Positions 1 through 12,019 of a stretch of 34,803 nt of DNA are shown here, piece by piece. This stretch comes from Octopus bimaculoides (Eukaryota): contig NC_068983.1 in NCBI RefSeq assembly GCF_001194135.2, positions 135,441,859-135,476,661 on the forward strand. The letters are read 5' to 3'. Under the pieces are notes generated by a model, which saw only the letters and a list, made by a program, of their open reading frames with translations, searched no databases and had not been told where the DNA came from. The position numbers and the translations under genes are program-made. How positions within the stretch are numbered: the stretch's first letter is position 1; every line of letters starts with the position of its first letter.

Positions 1-385
1 CCAACGTGGACATGGAGTAACCGCATCGGGTCGTCCAGATCGTATTTAGGGTATTCTGTAGGACAGTGGATAAGGATAGAGTAGGTTGTCCACAATTCCA
101 CATAGTCAGCTACACAGACCACAAATTTGTCACTTGTACGCTTGACTTAGATAAGACACATAGACAGGGTCCCGGTTACTGGCAGCTGAACGCATCGTTC
201 ACGGCATGCCAGGCTTACAGGGACCGGATTAACACTTTAGTTAAGAGAGCATTAACGGGTGCCATCATCAACAACAAATGGTGGTATGCCCTCAAAAAAA
301 CGATCAAAGCAGAATCGGTTGGGTACAGTAAGGCCCTAGCGTTAGACCGAAATAGAATAGAGGGAGACCTAGTTAAGAAATTTTA
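1..385 (+). mobile_element. Non-LTR retrotransposon (L1/Tx1-type) ORF2 fragment: end of APE endonuclease plus linker, frameshifted, cut by window start
   Basis: Translation gives PTWTWSNRIGSSRSYL [frameshift] ...SYTDHKFVTCTL...GPGYWQLNAS...WWYALKKTIK. The TW..SR.D / (S/T)DH / GPGYW.LN motifs are typical of the L1/Tx1 endonuclease C-terminus and linker. Confidence 0.8.
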
Positions 386-649
386 TAACTGTAACTACAA
401 CTGTTCCTAATAGCTTGGAAATTTCAACTCTACTCTGTCTCATTTATATTGTTTGATGCACTACATTTTCTGTTACAATTGCAAAGTTCTTGTGAAAGCT
501 TAAAAACCGTAAGCTTTAATAAAATCAATTGAAGTGTTTGGAAAATATAGAAACGCAGTGGGAGAGCAGAATTGGTCTTTTTAGCAATCTGATGAAAAGC
601 AAGGGACATATTTTAGCCATATTAGACCTCCACAACAAAGCATATCTAC

Positions 650-1185
650 CCAGCTCATAAGACAAAGAGTGACCCGTAGCCATCTCCCTCTCTCTCTCTC
701 AAGTACACTCCTTTTCCTTTTTCGTCTTGCAAGTTACTAGTGCTGATAGCACCCTCTCACAGCAATAAGTCTATTCCTCCATTCTGCGCTACTCTCATCA
801 CCTTACTTAAAAATCAATCTCTTTTTCCTATTCTCCTTTTACTCGTGGGGCCTCTTTAGACTGGCACATTGCTAAGTGACCTCACTAGTGGTGGTACTCT
901 GAAAAAATTACTCAGTACACTGTTTAAATTGGTTGGTGTTAGGTAGGGCATCCAGCAGTAGAAACTGTGCCTAGATTGAGACACTGGAGCCAGGTCCTAA
1001 TGTCAGTTGGAGTGGGCACATAAAAAAAGGCATCTATTTTGAAAACTGTGCTGGTGGGGGTGCTCCCCTTGTTCCCCATTAGCTACATCATTGACTGGAG
1101 CACAACTTAATCCTCCAACTTGTTGGATTGTATTGGACCATCCAATTCAATTCAGCATGGAGAGCTGATGTAAAATGATGATGAC
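650..1185 (+). repeat. Degenerate copy of the high-copy (ATG)n-tailed repeat (RTE-LINE 3' end / SINE-like)
   Basis: Contains cttgcaagttact, tggttggtgttagg.agggcatccagc.gtagaaact and ends agcatggagagctgatgtaaaatgatgatgac, all shared with copies at 4700-5150, 9450-9950 and 20500-20895. Confidence 0.7.
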
Positions 1186-1444
1186 TACTAATAATTTAAA
1201 TTAAAATACTACATTCAAATATAATTTTCCATATGGCTTTAATAATGCTTAGTCAACCTATCTGTGTTTTTATACACTGTCAATCATTTATTTTTAAATA
1301 TATTTAGCACACCTAGCTAACAATTCTTTATGCAGAAAGAGACGAGAAATGAAATGTTTGCATTTTATTTTTCATAAATATTAAAAGTTTAAAGTAAACA
1401 AGCTAAATGTGAACAGCTGGATTAGAAAATTAGCAACAGTACTT

Positions 1445-2194
1445 TGTAGTAAAGATTGTTTGCCAATATAACGTGGCAGTCCTGGTTTAGGACGACTGTT
1501 GCTGTAATTTAGCCCCAGAAGACATTGTCTCCAGCTGGCTATACAACATGTCATCATCATCATCATCATCATCGTTGTTTAACGTCCGCTTTCCATGCTA
1601 GCATGAGTTGGACGATTTGACTGAGGACTAGTGGACCAGGAGGCGACACCAGGCCCCAATCTGATTTGGCAGATTTTCTACAGCTGGATGCCCTTCCTAA
1701 CGCCAACCACTCCAAGAGTGTAGTGGGTGCTCTTACGTGCCACTGGCACGAGGGCCAGTCAGGCGGGTACTAGCAACAGCCACGCTCGAAATGGTGTATT
1801 TTACGTGACACCTGCACCTTATATTTTTGAACAAGGGAATCTAGCACACCCACTCAGCTCAAAACAATATTTGTGTATCACAATTTCCGGGTTATTTCCC
1901 TTCATCAGCACAATAATTGTTCGGCTAGAGGTGGCGTTTTCAAATGGGAATTTGGCAGCGACACCTCTAACTGAACAATTCTTCTGTGCTGATGAAGGGA
2001 AATAACCCAGATATCACGATACACAGATATTGTTTTGAGCTGAGTGGGGGTGCTAGATTTCCTTGTTCAAAAATATAAGGACACAGATTGTGTCGTATAG
2101 CCAGCTGGAGACATTGTCTCTTGGGGCTAAATTACAGCAACATTTGTCCTAAACCAGAACTGCCATGTTATGTTGGCAAGCAAACTTTACTACA
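1445..2194. mobile_element. Foldback/palindromic non-autonomous element (~480 bp of its own sequence) interrupted by a SINE-like insertion
   Basis: 1445-1547 is the reverse complement of ~2092-2194, and ~1813-1945 is the reverse complement of ~1950-2085. The symmetry centre is CAAAT-GGGA-ATTTG (1941-1954). Confidence 0.75.
1548..1812 (-). repeat. (ATG)n-tailed SINE-like repeat inserted in the left arm of the foldback element
   Basis: A (CAT)n tail at ~1550-1572 is followed by aacgtccgctttccatgctagcatg...ctggatgcccttcctaacgccaaccactcc, the reverse complement of the family core. Confidence 0.85.
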
Positions 2195-2600
2195 GTTAGC
2201 TGGATCTTCAAAATATAAACCTGTTTGAAAAGAAGATGCAGCCAGCTTGAGAGATTTTTTTTCCCCTTCTCAGTTTAATTAATAGCATTCTACGTAATCT
2301 AGATTGAAAGATTGTTAATAACATAGGTACCAGAGAAATTTAAGGATAAGGGACAATTTTAGTTTTCATGAAGATAGATTTTGCAGTTTACATTATCTTC
2401 TAGGAGTACAGATGATGAGCTATAGAAGAGACTCATTTAAATTATTTTAAATTTGGCTCTGGAGATGATGGCCGTTACCATAAATCAGAAAAACAAAGGT
2501 CTTGCAAATGTCCAAGATAGATTCCAATGCTTCAGCAGCAAAGTGCTATTGATATTTGAGCTAATATAATTGCAATGCATTAAGAAAAGTAGCAAATATA

Positions 2601-3350
2601 CAGGGTGTCCCAAAAAGATGTACTCACTCTTTGACAAACGATTACTAATGTATTGTTTTTTTTTTTTAATTTCAGATGCAACCAACCCTTCACAATGGCA
2701 ACTGCACAACTGATGTTTGAGGGAAAAAAATTATATTAAAGTGCTACTGGAAGCACGAAAATGTCACGGAAGTGGAAAGACAATTTAACATACAGTTTCA
2801 GAAGACACCACCAATACGACACAGTATTGCTCGCATCAGAGCAATAAACGGAACATTAGTAAGCAATGCTTTGGAAGACCATGAACATCCACCAACCCCA
2901 ATAGACACAACCAATTAATGGAAACCCTTTCCCGATCCTCCCAAAAATCTGTAAGACAATTGAGTCGTGAGATAGGAATCCCAAAATCGAGTGTTCATTG
3001 GATGTTGAAACGAGTTCAATGGAAAAGTTACGTTCCAACATTAATTCAAGCCCTCAATGAAGATGATCCTGATTGGAGAGTTCAATTTTGCGAATGGTAT
3101 CTGAATAAATTCGCAGAGGATGCAATGTTTCCAGAGAAAATCTTATGGAGTGATGAGGCCCCCTTCAAGTTAAATGGTTCAGTCAACTGACATAATTGCA
3201 CATACTGGGCTTGTGAAAATCCACATTTTACTATGGAACACCATCTGAACTTACCAAGAATTACAGTGTGGTGTGGGATGTTAACATTGGGTGTTGTTGG
3301 ACCATTTTTTTTTTTTGACCAAATTGTCAAAATAATTCTAAATGACAATA
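2601..3350 (+). mobile_element. Tc1/mariner-superfamily transposase relic (DUF4817-type HTH N-terminus), frameshifted and truncated
   Basis: TA|CAGGGTGTCCCAAAAAG left end at 2599-2617. Broken translation reads ILKCYWKHENVTEVERQF..., [56 protein letters not shown]...VVGPFFF. No matching right TIR was found. Confidence 0.85.
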
Positions 3351-3733
3351 AATAATCGTTTCTACAACAATTTATTTTCCTGAATTTAATTTAATTTTTT
3401 AGGATTGTATGTATATCAATAAACATCTACTTGAACACAAAATGAAGGAGATAGTTAGTGAACTTCACAGATAAAATGATGCAGGATAAAGACAAAAATT
3501 GTGTTGAGAAATACTGGAGACTTATTCAATGCATACCAGTATGGAAAAAAATAGATGTTACAGTAATAAAACAATGATGATAATAATGATCTTCAATAAA
3601 CCTTGGTATAGCAGGCTGAATGTAGAGCTTAACATAAAAATCCAGAATATAAGGTAATTTGATCTAATATTGGTGAAGCAATAATGTAAAAAAAAAAAAA
3701 AAAAAAAAAGAAGAAGAAGTATCATTAACTTAC

Positions 3734-4476
3734 AGATTTCTCTTTGTTGGTGGGGGCCATCTCCCAGAGAGCCTCAGATGATTTCTGACTGTCAACATTA
3801 CAATCTTCCACTAGCTGGTGGTAATACTGAGTAATTCCTAAATGGGTTTGTGGCACTGATGAAGTTCCAGTGATGTCCATAGAATGTGGATAAGACTTAC
3901 TGTTATTAAGTCTTTCATCAGTAACATAATGAATGACAACTTTTTGGTTATTATTAAAAGAACGATAAACATGTTTTAGCAGACAAGTTTCAATCTCATT
4001 AACTAACATTCGAAAAGTACTTTGACGCAGAGCAGGGCTCTGATTCAAGATTAAATCATTTGATCCTAAACTTAACCAAGAGTAGCCATCTTTAGTCCAG
4101 TCACTGGATTCCTGTGAAGGATCAATTTTCATGAGGTAAATTTCTCCCCGAATTGGCTCACAAGGAGGTTGACTTGAAAAAACTTCATCTGGAAGCATTA
4201 ATAAATCCATAACTTCTTTTGTTTCAAGAAATTTGTGAACTGCTTTTCGGTAAGATTCAGATCCAACATTTGTGAGAGGCTGACATCTTTGTTGCAATTC
4301 AGAATTGCAAACAGACAAAGCAAATAATGTATCATCAGAGCTGGAATCCAATTTTCTTTTGCGTTTTGTCTTACCGCGGACAGAACCAGCTTGGAAATCC
4401 TTTGCACGATCACGACCAAGTCGAAGAGTTGGAGCCCAATCGGGGTTTGCTGTTTCATATAGAGTGGCAGATTTTC
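3734..4476 (-). CDS. Coding exon 2 (743 nt, phase 1 to phase 0) of a THAP-domain gene: THAP C-terminus, basic NLS-like stretch, CG-1-like domain
   Basis: Acceptor attctattttatAG at 4478-4477 and donor TCT|GTAAGT at 3733. The frame is open throughout: (G)KSATLYETANPDWAPTLRLG...KTKRKRKLDSSSDD...FLETKEVMDLL...PPCEPIRGEIYL...WTKDGYSW...KHVYRSFNNNQKVVIHYV...NKEKS. It is in frame with track ORF 3725..4351. Confidence 0.85.
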
Positions 4477-4699
4477 CTATAAAATAGAATACAAGGAACT
4501 CTAATAAGTAAATAGGATTCTTTTACCACCAAAATTGGTGCAAAGAGGGATAATAATATAACTACAAAAAAAAGTTTGGTAAGGAAATGGTTAAGGTGTT
4601 TCAGATGAAAGATGCCATTTGTATGATTATTATATTTAAGTTTTGAGTAGGATTTGGCAGAATCTGCCATTGACAACAAATTTAAAATATCCTTTTTCA

Positions 4700-5150
4700 A
4701 TGTCAAGTTTCATCTACTGATCGGGTAACCATGTATCTCCTCTACAGCAAGACACCTGTTTCTGTCTCTCTGTCACTAACCTTTCATCATCAGGCATAAG
4801 ATCACCTCCAATGCTACATCTCTTCTCAAAGGATCTTTAGCTTGCAAGTTACTTGGTGGCCCTGTCAGTACTGGTGCCATGTAAAAAGCATCTAGTCCAC
4901 ACTATAAAGTGGTTGGCATTTGGAAGGGCATCTAGCTGTAAAAAAACCATGCCAAAACTGATCTTGCCTGTGCTGGTGCCATGTAAAAAGCATCCAGTCC
5001 ACTCTGCAGAGTGATTGGTGTTAAGGGCATCCAACCATAAAAACCATACAAAAGACAGCAAAGCATGGTGCAGTCTTCTGCCTAGCCAGCTCCTGTCAAA
5101 CTGTCCAACCCATGCCAGCATGGGAAGTGGATGTTAAATGATGATGATGC
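4700..5150 (+). repeat. (ATG)n-tailed repeat with extended 5' segment (RTE-LINE 3' UTR-like)
   Basis: Contains an internally duplicated ggtgccatgtaaaaagca...agggcatc block and ends ccagcatgggaagtggatgttaaatgatgatgatg. It is the reverse complement homolog of 13675-14150. Confidence 0.75.
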
Positions 5151-8150
5151 CATAAGGTGGATCCTTTACTGAACTGCCTTTTTGGTTTCCGTTGTATCAG
5201 TCATATAAGTAATATCTTATTTACTTACTTTTTTTAGAGGCAGTTATAAGGAAAGTGGTGAAACACCCAAGTCAGTCCTCTTCAAACATTTTATTATGTA
5301 TCTAATTAGAGTATATCATTCAACATCTTTACTTCACCTAGCAGTTGGAAATAGTCATCAGGACTTCTAAGACAGTTATTTACCATGGAATTCACTGGGA
5401 GATTTCTCTCATCTGCTTAATGCTGCTAAATTTAAAGTTAATTACTGACTCAATGTACTCCAAAGATTTAAGTATAGACTAATTATTTATGGAGAGACGG
5501 GAGATAAAACTACAAGTTAATGCTTTCTCTCTACTTTTTCCCTTTTTATTTCTTGTTCATCTTTTCAAAGTAAAACATGGATGCTAAAATTCTTATTCTT
5601 ATTTCATAATTGTTAACCTTGATTTCTGCTTTTCTACATATTTTCAATGACTAAAGAATTGTGCTGCAACAAATCTTTAATTCCCATACCTACTATTGGA
5701 ATTCCCTCTAATGTTTAACTTAGTAATTGTAATGATTATTTCCCTTGATTTATCTTGCAACTGTATGTTGGCAAAGGAGCCCAAAATCTGAAGTTACAGA
5801 TTCAAATACTACTAGACTTAACTTTCATTACATAGAATTCGTGAATAGCAGATCAAATGAAAAGGAGACACAGTGTTTCAGATATCTCAAATGAGAAGAG
5901 GTGTAATGTAACATTTTTGTGGCTCACAAATTTCACTTCAAATTGCGTCAAAGTAACCTCATTAATTTCTCAATAGATGAATATTAAAAAGCCATTTTCA
6001 TTATTATAACACAGAGATTTATATGATTGTTATATCATAATAGAATTTGAACCTATGCTCTCTAGGTTAACACACGATCATTTTAAACACTTAGCAAATA
6101 CATCTTTAATGTCTGGCAACTTTTCTTTGGTTCACATAATCAGAGAATATGTGGTGTTCAATTCCAAGCATGTGTGATTTTTCAGTAGCTCCTTGCTGTG
6201 CTGTTTATCTTTAATAGTGTTGAGTGAACTGGAATCAGTGGTCTTTAGAACTTACCATGACAGTTTACCACAATTTTCAGTAGAAGTGAAGTGAGGTGAA
6301 GGGATGATGCCAGCATGTGAAATATGGAAGATACTGGGCAGCAATATGAAGGGCAAATTACTAGGATTGGATGGACTGTCCCATGGATAAAAGCTTACAA
6401 GAGGAACACAGTGGATAATTTTAGACCAATCACTGGTTCACGTCAATGAAACAGAGATTGCCCATTGGAATTCTATATGAGCCACAAATATCCAGTGACA
6501 TTATTGATTACAGATGCATGCAATAAGAAATTATTGTTACTACTAAGAGGTAAACAAACAAGTGGATAAGGAAATTGATCCTAAGTTCCAAGTCATGATT
6601 TTATATTCTACTGTAGGCCAGATACTTAATTTTACGAGTCTAAGGTTTCATAGCAGTGTAAGAAATTACAACAATTATTACTACTACAACAGTGAAAATA
6701 ACATAATAAAGCAACAAAGCTGTACATAAACTTTGCCTTTCATAACAATAATATAAAAACTTGTAATATATTAATTTTCAATTTAGCCAACTATAATTCC
6801 TCTTTTATTAAATTATGCTCCTGCCTAAGCAAAAATGAATTTTTTAATATTGCTTCAGTTCAATGTACTGAACTCAGAGAAATAGTAAGGTGTTTATTTT
6901 ATTGTCTGCCCTCACTATCTTCCAAACTTGAAATTCCACCATAGTAAATATTACCTTTTCAGTCTCAATTACTGAAGTATCAGTAATATAATGTTTTCTG
7001 CTGAAATGACTATAATCTCTCCCTATAAATACTGGTAATGTACTAAGTCATATTTATTTGATCAATGAACTTTCCATATGTAACTCTCTATCTTCAGTTG
7101 TGTCTCTAATGTCAGTGGGAAAAAACATGAATGGAATATCACAAAATCTCAGTTCATTTTCTCCACAAATCTGAGGCTTTGTGCTATAGTGGAAATAATT
7201 GCTATTCCTGTGGCTGGTGCCATGCAAATTGCTTCTGCAACAATTTTTTCTTTTTTAATTTCACATCGAACTGTTTCATTTTACTGTTTACAACTTACTT
7301 CCTCTTTCACCTTAAAACTGACAGTTATCTGCATAATAGAGAACATTATCATCTTTACTACTGCTGTTGCAACTACTACTACTACAACTACTGGTGTTGG
7401 CTAATGTTACATTAATGATGGAAACTAGGACGTCTGACTGAAATGAGAAAACATAAAGTAGAACTAAAACTGGGAAGTAAACATTTAATTTGAATTACAC
7501 AAAATGATGGTGGGCATGACAAAAAATTTTACTTATAAAATGAGGAAGGAAAACAAATACAAAAAAAATTCCAAAGTAACTCAGAGCACCTCAGAATTAT
7601 TCTCAGTCCCAACCTAAAACAATGACAAAGCAACTTTTCACAATAATATAAGAGAGTGACTATAATCCAAATAAATTATTGTAAGACATGGTAGGAAATC
7701 AATTTTCCACTGTGTAATATTTAGAAAAACAAGATTTTATGGTGGGTACAAAAGGGAGTCTTTCTACACACTGTATAGTTCTTCCTCTTAGTTGTTGCTG
7801 TTATTCACCATCATCATCATCATCATCATTTAACGTCCACTTTTCCATGCATGCATCAAGCAGAATTTGTTGAGGTAGATTTTCTACAGCCAGATGCCCT
7901 TCATGTTTCCAAGTAATATATATATCATCAGTAAATCATAAATATGAAAAAAAAGCACACTCTAAGTTATAGAGCAGTAGAGTATATAAATAAAGATATA
8001 GAATCCTGGCTGCCGAACATAGGGGAAAAATTATGTAGGGTCAACAATGTTAAATGATGATGAGATATGGCTGGTTTATGGGGTTACCCAGGGTTTCACG
8101 TCCATAAAGTAACCCCATAAACTGGCCGTGTCTGTCTGTCTATCTATATA

Positions 8151-9046
8151 TCAGGTCATCCTATAAGTTCTGTCCAAATTTTGAATAAAGAAAACAAGTG
8201 ATCAAATGCTATATTTAATTGAAATTTAATCATCAATGTATTTTCCCTGATTATCTATGACTTGCTTCCATCTATTTACATACTTTTTAATCCCACCAAT
8301 GTAAAACTCTTTTGGTTTCAAAGCGAAGAACTCTGACATGTCAGTTTCAACCTCCTCCTGGTTTGCGAAAGTTATGTCCCCAAATGATTCTGTAAACTAT
8401 GAAACAAATGGTAGTCTGAAGGAGCAAGGTCGGGAGAATAAGGTGGATGAGGAATTTTTTCCCAACCAAGCTCTTCGATCTTCTGTGATGTGATCTTTGC
8501 AGTGTGGGGCCGCGCATTGTCCTGATGAAACATTACACCTTTTCGATTCACTAAAGCAGGTCTTTTTTTCTTCAAAGCTTGGTTCAAACATTCTAATTGC
8601 TGACAGTAGACTTGAGCATTGATTGTTGGATTAGGTGATAACCATTCAAAGTGAATTACTCTTTTGCAATCCCACCAGATAGAGAGAAAAACTTTTTTCC
8701 ATGAAGTTCCCTTCTCGGTTGTGGTTGAGCTTTTCCCCTTTTACCAAGCCACTGTTTACAACGTTTAACATTTCAATAAAAGATCCATTTTTCGTCACCA
8801 GTCACAAGTCTGCCTAAAAGGGGTGAAATGAGTTCGCGAGAATGGAGAGAAGAGCAGATGTCAACTTTTTTTTGTGGTTGCTTTTGGACAATTCATGAGG
8901 CACCCATTTTCCAAGTTTAGGAACCTTTCCAAGTTGTTGAAGATGACGACGAACAGTTGTATGGTTTTGAACTAAGCTTTATTGCCAATTCTTCAACTGA
9001 TAATGCAGGATTTTCTTCAACTAATGCCTCAAGGAGCTTATCATCA
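8151..9046 (-). mobile_element. mariner (D,D34D) transposon relic with frameshifts and stops, running into an assembly gap
   Basis: TA|TCAGGTCATCCTATAAG terminus at 8149-8167. Minus-strand translation contains LGKWVPHEL, LVTGDEKWIFY, HQDNARPH, HPPYSPDLAPSDYHLFHSLQNHL and, after a frameshift, RWKQVIDNQGKYIDD*. Confidence 0.95.
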
Positions 9047-9447
9047 NNNNNNNNNNNNNNNNNNNNNNNNNNNNNNNNNNNNNNNNNNNNNNNNNNNNNN
9101 NNNNNNNNNNNNNNNNNNNNNNNNNNNNNNNNNNNNNNNNNNNNNNNNNNNNNNNNNNNNNNNNNNNNNNNNNNNNNNNNNNNNNNNNNNNNNNNNNNNN
9201 NNNNNNNNNNNNNNNNNNNNNNNNNNNNNNNNNNNNNNNNNNNNNNNNNNNNNNNNNNNNNNNNNNNNNNNNNNNNNNNNNNNNNNNNNNNNNNNNNNNN
9301 NNNNNNNNNNNNNNNNNNNNNNNNNNNNNNNNNNNNNNNNNNNNNNNNNNNNNNNNNNNNNNNNNNNNNNNNNNNNNNNNNNNNNNNNNNNNNNNNNNNN
9401 NNNNNNNNNNNNNNNNNNNNNNNNNNNNNNNNNNNNNNNNNNNNNNN
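9047..9447. other. Assembly gap (401 N)
   Basis: Run of N. Confidence 1.
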
Positions 9448-9449
9448 GT

Positions 9450-9950
9450 TAACAGCACCATCTGAGCAAGATCACTGCCAGAGCAACGGTCTCGCTTCTG
9501 TGCCGGTGGCACATAAAAAGCACCATTTGAGCGCGATCGTTTCCACCTTCACCTTACTGGCACTTGTGCCAGTGGCATGTGAACAAAACATTGGACTGAC
9601 TCCTGTGCAGGTGGCACGTAACAAACACCATTTGAGTGTGGCTGTTGCCAGTACTGCTGGACTGGCCCTCAAGCCAGTGACACGTAAAAAGCCCCCAGTA
9701 CACTCTCGGAGTGGTTGGCGTTAGGAAGGGCATCCAGTTGTAGAAACTCTGCCAGATCAGATTGGAGTCTGGTGTAGCCATCTTGTGCGCCAGTCCCCAT
9801 TCAAATCATCCAACCCATGCTAGCATGGAAAGCGGACATTAAATGATGATGATTAAACATTCTAAAATACTATTTTAAAAAAGGTAAAATCAGACAGAAC
9901 TTATGGGATGACCATGGAAAGCGGATGTTAAATGATGATGATGATGATGA
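9450..9950 (+). repeat. (ATG)n-tailed repeat with internal ~100-bp tandem units and a duplicated tail
   Basis: Repeated ggtggcac.taa.aa.caccattt(c/g)agcg units, then the core ctctcggagtggttggcgttaggaagggcatccag. Tails end at ~9853 and ~9952. Confidence 0.85.
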
Positions 9951-10330
9951 TGATAATTTGTTGAAAATTTACCTCAACAAAATCTGAGGCTGTAGCAGAA
10001 GACACTTGCTGAAGGACTCATGCAGTGAGACTGAACCTGAAACCCTGAGGTTGGGAAGCCCAGCCATGTCTGTTTTATCCACACAGCATGCTGTATACCT
10101 CACCACACACACAAAAATAATTTTTTACACCAAACATACTCTTTGTCCTTAAATAAGCCGAAAAAGATCAATAACTAATCTTTTTCTATGTATCAATAAT
10201 TTAGATATTATATGTTTAAATCCTGCTCAAAACATCTTATGAAAACTAAAAAGTTCAAAGTTAGTCTCAGAGCCTAAAGGGTCTTAATCAGTTAAGTTAG
10301 GATTAGGGTTAGGGTTCCTTCAAATTTTAA

Positions 10331-10550
10331 CCCTTTTATTACCATACTTCTGTTGAGATGCTCTATGTTTCTTTCAATTAATTTTAAATATAACAAAGAA
10401 TTTAGTAAAATAACTTAGTTATCATTGAGCTAGTGTTAGGAACATCAATAGTGACTAAGGTTTGGTGGAAGATTTTAATTCAGAACTTTTGAAAACAAGA
10501 CATTTGTACCAGAGCCAGAGACGGTTTCAGGTGGGTTGATATCAAAAGGC
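10331..10550. mobile_element. piggyBac-type MITE (TTAA-flanked, 220 bp)
   Basis: TTAA (10327-10330)|CCCTTTTATTAC ... GATATCAAAAGGC|TTAA (10551-10554), with imperfect TIRs. Confidence 0.5.
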
Positions 10551-10926
10551 TTAAACAATATTATTGATTCCTAGCTGCCTTCTAAAACCAGTTTCACTGA
10601 ACCTTTCTCCAATTTAGTTTATATGCTTATCTAGATAGATGTTAAGAAACTAATTCTTTTTCATTTCCAGTAGATCGTCTGCATTTACTGCATATCACCC
10701 AATCCATGCCTCTCACATAGTCTCTCTTTGTGCTAAATGAAATTAAATTCAGCCTATATAAACATAGCTTAGTTGCAATGTGAAAGAGTTTCTGTGCCAG
10801 AACTCTAGGGATGTAATTATGTTATGGATGCTGAACCAAATATTCTTCATCAGTCTTGGGTCACAGAAACTTTCACAGTAAGAAAAAAATCATAATTTCA
10901 TTAACCAGAATCCTTAATCTTTGTAC

Positions 10927-10965
10927 ATATATATATATATATATATGTATGTATATATATATATA
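10927..10965. repeat. (TA)n microsatellite
   Basis: Direct reading. Other microsatellites lie at ~11049-11074 (CT)n, 23167-23198 (AT)n, ~27868-27930 (TA/TG)n, 29109-29138 (AT)n and ~33376-33411 (ATT)n. Confidence 0.95.
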
Positions 10966-11536
10966 ACTACTGCGAGTAGTAAGTTTATTTAAGTGACCTA
11001 GTTAGTTAGACAATGCTGGTAGTGAGTAGTGAAGTTATGTGACTTGGAGTCTCTCTCTCTCTCTCTCTCTCTCTGACTTTCTCTCTCCCTCACAAACTGT
11101 TAGATGTATCTGAAGTGTCACATAATACTGTACTGCTGTAAAAGATAGATCAGTAAAGGTTAGACAAGGGATAAATACTTTGAGTCATTGAATTGGGAGA
11201 GTATATCATAATTGTTTATGAATTGATGTTCCGCCCTACACACCAACAGATAATCAGGCACTCCTGTTGGTTCACTTGAGAACTTAACATTTTATTAAAA
11301 GGTCTCTCAAACAGTACTTTTAATACTTATTCTTTCTTAGTGTAGTATTAGTAGTAGTAGCAGCAACAGCAGCAGCACAAATATAAACATTCGATGCAAG
11401 TACACAGACAAAAACAAACTTACTCATGTAAGGCAAAATGCATATGATAAACAATGCAATATAATACATATACATAGATGTGCAGTCACTAATTTATCCA
11501 TAATTGAAAAAATATAAACACATACATAGAAATATA

Positions 11537-11958
11537 GGTGCAGGCATGACTGTGGTTAAGAAGTTTGCATCCCACCCACATAGTTTCAGGTTCAGTCCTG
11601 TTCTATGGTACCTTGGGCAAGTGTCTTCTGCTATAGCCCTGGGCGGACCAAAGCCTTGTGAGTGGATTTAGTAGAGGGAAACTGAAAGAAGACCCTTGTG
11701 CGTGTGTGTGTGTGTGCATGCGCGCATGTGATTGTGTTTCCTCTTTTTACATAGTTGTAAATGAATGTCAGTCATACAAGGGATGTCATTCATTTCCAAT
11801 GTCCTGTGAAAATATGTCTGGCCATAGAAAAATATTACTTTATTTGAAAACAGATGAGGCTAGGCAACACGAGGCGCATGCAGCCATAGAAAATCTACCA
11901 CAATAGACTCTGTCTGAGCCATACAAGCAAGGAATAGTGGACATCAAAATGATGATGA
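11537..11958 (+). mobile_element. Near full-length tRNA-derived SINE with (ATG)n tail
   Basis: A-box-like ggcatgactgtggttaag, B-box-like ggttcagtcc (11589-11598), core ttgggcaagtgtcttctgctatagcc, a (TG)n middle and the tail ggacatcaaaatgatgatga. Related fragments lie at ~7805-7915, ~9975-10070, ~15680-15760, ~16590-16690, ~16940-17040 and ~34420-34600. Confidence 0.75.
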
Positions 11959-12019
11959 AATGATTTATATCTATGATGAACTCTACTGTTTAGAACAAAA
12001 TATGAGCATTCAGTTGTTT

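Noticed and set aside
8957-9724. Long ORFs of 156-255 aa in the track
   Set aside because: They are artefacts of translating through the N gap; the flanks are mariner antisense and repeat sequence.
10297-10316. Telomere-like TTAGGATTAGGGTTAGGGTT
   Set aside because: Only about three units; too short to call an interstitial telomeric array.
11537-11620. A/B-box sequence as a tRNA gene
   Set aside because: No cloverleaf can be formed, and it continues into SINE core and tail sequence.
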